From an uncultured Pseudomonadales bacterium (lineage in GTDB: Bacteria > Patescibacteriota > Microgenomatia > UBA1400 > PJMF01): a DNA stretch of 64,000 nucleotides. Numbering within the stretch: the first letter of the stretch is position 1; every line of letters starts with the position of its first letter. The stretch spans positions 25,056 to 89,055 of the forward strand of contig CAZYNM010000002.1 of assembly GCA_964648715.1 (NCBI GenBank). The letters are read 5' to 3'. Position numbers and translations under genes: made by a program. Below the pieces are notes generated by a model. The model had not been told where the DNA came from. It ran no database searches and was given only the letters and a program-made list of their open reading frames with translations. Shown piece after piece: positions 50,401 to 59,400 of this stretch.

Positions 50401-53400
50401 TGCCATTTAGTTCCAATTCAGCTGTTCCTGATGAGGCACTAGTACCCCCAACTCTCCAGCGGAATGTAGAAGCACTCCAGTTGGTAAGGGTACTTGACTC
50501 GATACCAGTTCCATAGTTGGTAGAGTACCAGTAAATCTTATCTGTGACTTCATCTGCAAAATCAATTTGAACGCCTGTCCCTCCGGTAATATCGGCTCCT
50601 GAGACATCGACACCACTACTCACATCAAGGTTGCCAGTGATGTTTGTATTGCCATTAACATCGAGCTTGGCTATAGGTGCAATACTTCCTATTCCTATGT
50701 TCCCGTTGTTGAGGAGGGTAAGTTTGGCGGCAAGACCATTATCACCACCCGGTGAGGTTTGGAAGTCAAGTCTTCCACCATTGAGCATATCAATTGTACT
50801 GATGGTGGTGTTACGTAGTACTAGTGAGCCAGAAGCAGATGCATCGCCAGCCACATCAAGTTTGGCATTTGCGATGGTCGTGCCAATTCCCACATTTCCG
50901 GCAGTATCTATTCTCATTCGCTCAACACCATCTGTGCCGGCATTTGTGTAGAACTGAATGCCAGAGGCACTATTCGTTCTTGAAGACAATATGAGATGAC
51001 CGGTACTATCAACAATAATTTGTGCAGGCAGGACGTTGTCTACGACGCCTGTTGCATGTCCATAGCCAATCTTAAGACGTTCAGATGTATCCCCAATACC
51101 CACATAGTTTTCGGTATTGCTACTACCTGCCACGGTGAGCTTCTGTGAGGCAGTCGTGGTGCCAATTCCCACACTACCGGCAAATAATCCAGATGTACTT
51201 GTAAGGCCAGGCTCAATGTAGTAATTTTGACTATCAATATCAATGTAGCGTTTGGCATAGACATATCCAGACAAGTTTGAACCACCATTGCCACTACCTG
51301 TTACCCTAAAGGTTGCAGCGACGGTTGATGTTCCACCAATGGCTAAGTCACTGACAGCTCCATATTCATTCCGTGGGTGTAGAACATTTTCTGTGTTATC
51401 CCACCACCCAGAATCAAGGAGTGTCTCAGGGTTTATCCATGAAGTACCGGTTCCAGTAGAAGTGAAGATGTATCCGTTTGATCCTGGACTATTTGATGCA
51501 TCGTAGAGTGCCCCCGTAATACGAGCATTACCCGCTACATGTAAGCCCTGAGTAGGGGCAGTAGTGCCTATACCAACACTTCCCATAAACCAGTTAGTGC
51601 CAGTTCCACCAAAAGTTGCATGAGCATTGCCGCCATTATTGATTTCGCTCCCACTCATGCTCTTGGTAGCCCAGTCAACTACAGAGAAAGTGCCACGATG
51701 TCCTTCACCGTGACCAGAAAGAACTTCCATGACCGTTACTTCAACAGAATCATCAAAGTTTCCTGCGGCAGCAGCGCGGTCATCATCGGTGAGCGTCCAT
51801 TGAATTTCTAAGTTAGCACCCGAGTTAGTAACTTCGTATGCACGAACTTTCTTGGTACCAGAAATACGTTGCATGGTATATGCATACCCATTGCTGTTGT
51901 ATTGTGCCTGGGTACCAAAGTACCATACTTCATCGAGTTGGATGTTTGAGTCGTCTCTGGCTTTAAAGTAGATCATGAATGAAGCAGTCCCATACCCACC
52001 TCCTGTACTATCTGCGTACTTCAAAACCATTGGTGCATTGGCTACGTTGTAGGTTTGTGGTCCATACTTGTAACGCATCAATTGAGTCCCTGCTACTTCA
52101 AATGCAGGGAGTGTAGTTCCTGCTATTTCCAACACTGAACTTGGTGTCGTTGTTCCAATTCCCACGTTGCCTCCACTTGGCTGAATATTGACGTAGGAAC
52201 TGGTTCGTGTCGTGTGGCTTGTACCTTGAATGACCAGATCCCCATCGGATCCTGATGATCCATTCAGTGTGCCTCCAGTTGCACTTGCACCAAGAGTGAT
52301 AACAGCACTGTTACCCAAGTTGAGTGCTGTTGTGGAAGTCATACCCAAAGTTGCATTCGTAGTAAAGGTTGCTAGTGAAGAAGCGGTGATGGTGCTAGTT
52401 CCTGATAATGTCGTGGTGCTATTGCTTAATGTAGTCGTTGATCCAAGGGTCAGACGAGTTGCATCTCCAGAGTCAGTGATGAGATTCCCTCGTACACGCA
52501 GGTTACCACTAATATCTAGCGATTGAGCAGGCGTTGTAATATTACCAATACCTATGTTCCCATTACTTGCAATAAATATTCTTGAGGTAAGACCAGCATT
52601 GCCCCCGGGACTTTGACGTATATTAAGTGTGCCATCATCCAGAATATCAAGTGTAGAGCCAGGAGTTGATCCAGTTGGTACGGTGAGTGCAAGGTTACCA
52701 GAAATCGAAGCTGTGGGTGAACCAGCTGCAATATTTGTAAATGCAAACTTGGCTGATGCAGTTGATGTTCCGCCAATAAGCACGTCAGCGACACTTGCAA
52801 ACTCATTACGAGGGTGGAATGCGTTTTGGTTGTTTTGCCACAAGCCAGCGTTACTACAGTTGCCAGAAAGGTCACATACTTGGTAGTTGCCCTGATATAA
52901 GGCAGTACCATAAATGTTGTTCCAACGAAGTGAGTTTGAACCCAGGTTGTAGGTAGTCGTGGCAGATGGTCCCACATCACCGCCAACTTGAAGTTTAAAC
53001 GAAGATGCAGAGCCATCATTAATACCTACATTTCCTGCTGCATCAACATAGATGCGTTGGGTGTTGTTGCTGATGATGCCAAAACTATGGTTGGATTCAG
53101 TTCCTGCATACCCAAAAGTATCAAGGGCCTGCAATTTAGTAATAACATTGTTCGTGCTATCTTGTGCGCGTAGGTATGGATTGGTGGGACCAAATGAGCG
53201 TATGGAAGCAGTGCCTGTACTTTGAACATCGAGTGTTTGGCCGGGTGAATTGGTCCCTACACCTATACTGCCTCCAGAAGAAATGAGTGTGGGAGTAGCG
53301 GTGCCAGAAGTATTGATTGCTACGGTTCCTGTTGCTCCAGATAGGCCACCAATCACGATACCGCCACTGGCACCATAGATATCGGGGGTTGTGTAACCAG

Positions 53401-56400
53401 TGCCAGCACTCCTATTTAAGATCAAGGAATGAAGATTAGAGGCAGCAGCATTTTCAGAAAGATAATAGGTGCCACTACCATCCAGACTTACTCTGTTGCC
53501 GGTACTATTGAGTGTTAAGTAACCATTTGTGTCAGTGCTAACGTTGGCATATACAGCACCACTGTAATTTAAGCGCAACTGGGTACCTGTTGATTCAATG
53601 GTTGTTCGAGCATTAGATGTAGTTGTGGTACCTATACCTACGTTTCCTGCTAGAACTCCTGCCGTTGTAGTGTTACCAGGTTCAACGTAGTAGTTGGCGT
53701 CCTCTACGTCAAGGTAGCGACGGGCATAGGTGTAGCCGCTCAAGTTTGTTGTCCCATTGCCTTTGCCTGTAACTCGGAATCCAGCAGATGCGGTAGATGT
53801 ACCACCCACAGTCACGTCTACAACTTCTCCCCATTCATTACGAGGATGATAGACGTTATCTGTGCGGGCCCATAGACCTGAAGTGGTACAGTTGCCTGAG
53901 CTGTCGCAAACATCATTCCCAGCTTGTTTAAAGGATGTTGCATACACAGTAGCCCATCGAAGTGCATTAGAACCTAAATCATAGCTATTGTTTGTTTGCG
54001 GACCAATGGATCCATTCACTTGGAGCTTGAAAGTTGAGGGATTCGTTGTCCCTATACCCACATTGCCCAAGTTACTGACGCGCACCTGTTCTGTTCCTCC
54101 AGTCGATATAGCGAAGTTACCAGAGGAGGGCAGGAAACTGCCCGTTGTTGCATCACTCGAGAAGGTTTGTGCCGGTGAACCCGCGTTGCCATTGGCTGTT
54201 TGAAGTATTCTGCCTGAAGTGAGAACTGTTGTTCCACCAATTGCAAAGTTATCACCGGTAGCGATGGACAGAGTGTCGGTACCGCTTCGGTAGAGATCAA
54301 CGTCACTTCCAAAACCGATGCCACCTGTTACAGCAGTGTGGTCGGCGAGTTCAATCTTGTTGTTAATGGTGCTCGTGCCAAATCCAATGTTGCCAGCGAA
54401 GTATGATGGAGTATTTGTACCTGCTGAGTAAATTGCATAATCTAATGAAGATCCTTTGGCTAATGAGTCAATATAAATACCGTAATTGTTTGTGATGGCT
54501 CCTGCACCTGTGGGATCAGTGATTCTTATCCCATAAACATCAGTGATGGTTGCACCAGAACCAACAGCCAAGGACTCATAATATGCATGGTATGAACTGT
54601 TGGTATTATTGACTGTTGCCTGGGAATTAACTCCGTATACTGTAGTGGAGCTATCAGTGAAAGTTGGCGATGAATAGATACCAACTCTACTTAAATAGCC
54701 TGCGCTGCCTGCTGCGATTCTTGATGCAGCATTATTGGCAAGAAATGAGCCTGTAATAGTAAGTTGTTGAGAAGGGGTTGCGCCAATTCCCACACTACCT
54801 GCAAATACACCAGCAGTTCCAGTATTACCCGGCTCAACGTAATAGTTAGTGTCATCAATATCAAGATAGCGTTTTGCATACACATATCCAGGCAGATTTG
54901 TTGTACCATTTCCTTGACCAGTCACTCTGAACTCAGCAGAGAGAGTAGCTGTTCCTCCAATGAGTAAGTCTGCAACCTGTCCAAACTCATTGCGAGGGTG
55001 GAGTGCATTTTGATTGTTTTGCCATAAACCAGCGTTACTACAGTTGCCTGAGCTGTCACACACTTGATAGGCAGTCCCTGATTGGTACTGGTACACTGAA
55101 GCACCATAGATAGAACCATCTGCTTCTATGTTACTCTGTACATACAGATCAGCACCAGCGGTAGGGTTGGTAAACGTAAATCCAGTTGTGGCTACGTAGG
55201 TATCACCAGCCACCTGCAATCTCCCGTTACTTGTTGTGGTGGTACCTATGGAAATGTTTCCAGCACCATCTATACGCATTCGTTCGGTGAGAGCTGTGTT
55301 GTTACTGGTATATAGACCTAAAGTATCAGCAGCTGCATAGCCAACAGCAGCACCATCTGCAGCAAGTGTAGATGCACCACCTGGACCAAAAGAGATTGCA
55401 GCTTGTCCACTTCCAGCACCGTCTCTCCCAATCTGGAAACGAGGGTTGGCCTCTGCCTGGTAGTATTCGGCAAATGCGCCATTTGCGAACCTAAAGTTTC
55501 CACTTGATACATCAAAAACTTGTAGTTTGGCGAGTGGTGCAGTAGTTCCAACACCAAGATTTCCGTTAGAAAGGAGAGATACCTTTGCGGCAAGACCATT
55601 GTCACCACCCGGTGAGGTCTGGAAGTCAAGTCTTCCACCATTGAGCATATCAATTGTACTGAATGTAGTACTGCGTAGTACCAATGAGCCAGAAGCAGAT
55701 GCATCACCTGCCACATCAAGCTTGGCACGAACATTTGCAGCAGTAACACCTATACCTAGATTGCCAGCGGCATTGCCACCTGTAAGGGTCATGCCTACTG
55801 CATTGTTGGTGACAAAGTTGATGCTGCCAAAAAGTCCTCCAGCGGCGGTGTAGTTATTTACGATATTTGTATCAATATATGTGCCATAGCGGAAGGGCGA
55901 GGTACTACTATTGTTTTGTTCAAAATCACTGGTATTTGTCCCCGCAGTTACTCTACTAATAGTACTACCACCACCGTTCACAGGTGCACTCTGGATGTTT
56001 GAGAGTACTAAGTTTGTGCCTGTTGCAAGTGAATCATAGACATTGAGTCGAGCGCCAGGACTCGTACTGTTGATACCAATATTGCCGTTATTACTAATGT
56101 AGAGACGTGAGTTTGTTACTGCATCTCCACCAACCGATGTCCGGAAGTTAATACTGCCACCATTAAATGCAGTGTACGTTGTAGTGGGGTTAGAGCCTGT
56201 TGGAGAAGCGATGGCCAAGTTGCCTGATATACTAGCCGTTGGTGTTCCACTCATGACGTTCATGAATGCAAACTTTGCTGATGTTGTTGCATTTCCACCA
56301 ATCAGCACATCAGAGTTGTTTGTATAGGGAGAGGAAGGAGAAATAGCACCATTAACGTACTGCCAGAAATTGCCTATAGCAGAACAATTGCCAGACGTAT

Positions 56401-59400
56401 CACAGACTTGGTTATTTCCTTGGTAGATGGTTGTGCCATAAATATTGTTCCATCTCAGGGCATTTGATCCAAGGTCATAGGTGGCGCTTGCTTGTGGTCC
56501 AACACCCCCCTGCACTTGTACTTTGAAACCTGTAGCAGCTGTGGTGCCAATTCCCAAATTGCCTCCAGCTGAAACAAGTGTTGAGGTTCCGCTTGATGTG
56601 TTGAGAACATTATTGCCCGCACCGGTGGTAACAGAGTCATAAAAGTAAAAGCCAGAAGTTGCATCGGTATCGACATGCGCATACGTCGCATTCTGTGCAC
56701 CAATACGGACAAACTTTCCAGAAGATACTAAGTTCAGTGGATACTGTGATGTGGCACCTAAGTCGACATGAAGCGCATAGGCTGGTGCAGTCGTCCCAAT
56801 ACCAACACTTCCTCCAACTTGTCTGATGGCTGTTGCACTATAGTACGCAGTAGGAGCAGCAACACTTGAAGTAGAGGTTGATGCAGTAAAGCTATCTGTG
56901 TGGATGCCTTCTTGTCTAATGACAACATACGCTGTGCCAGCTGTGGAACCTGCCGTGCGGCGTATTCTCAAAGATGTAGTCCCGTTATTGACGTTTACAT
57001 CAAGATCAAAATCATTTGATGAGTACACACCTGTGTCACTGATAGGTTGTGCAATCACCCAGGTATTAGTTGTTTCGTTATATGCAATAGGGATGTTGTA
57101 TTCTTTTGCTACAGAAAACGAGCCGCTTGGTACCGTGATTGAAACCCAGAGAGAAGCCCCACCATTTGTAAAGCTAAAAGAACCAATGTCTACAACATCA
57201 TTCACCACTGTTGGCATGGTGCGAGTCATAGTCCGGGTTCGAGCATTGTTCTGTAGAATATCGCCCGCGACTTGGAGTGTTTCTGTAGGGTTAATGGTCC
57301 CTATGCCAAAATTACCATTACTAAGTAACGTTAGTTTACTCACCAGGCCAGCGTCACCACCAGGTGATGTTTGAATGTCGAGGCGGTTACCGTTGAGGAT
57401 ATCAATTGTTGATGGGTTGGTGCCTCTTAACACAAGAGAGCCAGAAGCGGATGCATCTCCTATAACATCAAGCTTCGCTCTGGAGACTGTAGTACCAATA
57501 CCAACGTTCCCTTCTACAAGTAGTCCTTGAGTAGGAGGAGTAGTTGTTAGGTATGTTCCAGATCCAATTCCAACACCTCCCGCAGCATTGATTGCCATTC
57601 GTACATTACTATACCCGCTGGTATAAAAGCGTAGATTGGTTGCTTGATCGGTCCCCATTTCGAATACACCAGAGTTTCTGGGGAAGTAAGAGAAAATTGG
57701 ATTGGTGGTACTGTAGGTATCATTGTAGATTTGGGCGGCATAGGGTGTTTCACTGGGTGCATGAATGCCCAGTGCAGTAACAGATCCGGTAGCTTTTACT
57801 TCTAGTGTATGGGTGGGAATCGTCGTTCCTATACCAATATTGCCGTTATTATTGATGTAGAGACGTGAGTTTGTTACTGCATCACCACCAACTGATGTGC
57901 GGAAGTTAAAGGTACCGCCATTATAGGCAGTGAACGTAGTAGCAGGATTGGAACCAGTTGGAGACGCAATAGCAAGGGTACCTGAGATGGAGGCAGTGGG
58001 TGTGCCACTATTTACATTGATAAAAGCGAACTTTGCTGCACTTGTTGCATTGCTACCTAAGAGGAGATCTGCTACACCCGCATATTCAGCTCTTGGGTGT
58101 AGCGCGTTCTGAGTATTATCCCACCACCCAATGTCATACAGAGTATTCCCATCTACCCATTGGGTGGCACTACCGGTGCTTTTGAGCACATACCCATTTG
58201 TTCCGACTGAGTTGGTGCTGTCATACAATCCACCTACTAGACGCATATTGTTCTGGACATGCAGAGACTGAGTAGGGCCAGTTGTTCCTATGCCCAAGCT
58301 TCCTTCAAAAATCGCATTGTTTGCGCCCGGATTAGTTGAGTAGTAGGTACTTCCAAAAGAAAGCCCTCCGGCTGCACTTATCTGCATTCTGTTTGTATTG
58401 TTGGTATAGAAGCGCAATGGGGAGTTTGAACTTAAACCAAGATATCCATCAGAGGAAGTTACACCCTGCTCAAGTGTATGGGTGGTATTAGTAACTGTTT
58501 CTTGTACCGTTCCCGAAGTCCCGTAGAGAACGAGCTTTGTGTTGGGATTTGTGGTGCCCAATCCAAGATTACCGTTATTTAGTATCGAAACTTTACTCGC
58601 AAGGCCCGCATCGCCCCCTGGGGAGGTATTGATATCAAGCCGCTGCCCATCAAGTACATCGATTGAAGAAGTTCCTGTTCTGAGTACAAAACTTCCAGAT
58701 ACAGATGCGTCTCCTGCTGCATCAAGAGTAGCTCTTGTACTCGTTGTTCCAATGCCGATATTGCCCGTGGCAGAAATAACACCCAAGGTACTTCCTGCGC
58801 TTGATTGCCATTTAACAATATCCGCTGTCGCGCTGGGGCCAGCTTTGAGGGTGAGGGCAGTGCCTCCAGCATAGGTTGCAGATAGCGTCGCTCCTGGTGC
58901 ACCGATATAATCTCGAGCAATGATTTGTCCGAGACCGTCTGGGTCAAGCACAATGTTGCCGTTTGATCCAGATGTCGTCTGCAGGTTGAGCGTCGTTCCC
59001 TCGAGAGTGAGCGAAGTGCTAGAAGCCTTTAATTTGGGCGTTGCTCCACCGAGTACTACCTCACCACTGTTATTCATAACAACCACCGTATTTGCGGTGG
59101 CGGGGTCTGCAGGTGGAAATCCTTGAAGTGTTTCAGAGTTGAGTGCGTATGCGACACTTTTAATGCTTTGACGGGGAGAGAGAGTCTCAGCACCTACTTC
59201 AACCTGTAACCATACGTTTGCATTCTCACTAAAGACGCTGGAGGCAATCTCTGTTCCACAATCTGAGCCAAGACCGGAAGAAAAAATGCCGTCTTGGTCG
59301 GGCGTAATGCTGCATGTGCCAGAATCCCATAACTGTGTGCCGCTTCCAGTCCCGGGACCTGAATCATAGAGACGGAACCTAAAGTTTGTAGCTGCTGTGA

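Noticed and set aside
49900-58700. Possibility that the regularly spaced near-identical repeats represent a CRISPR array or another non-coding tandem repeat
   Set aside because: Repeats are ~150-165 bp, in frame within a continuous ORF, separated by 0.8-5 kb of related coding sequence, with no short direct repeats or unique-spacer structure and no cas genes. They are coding module repeats.
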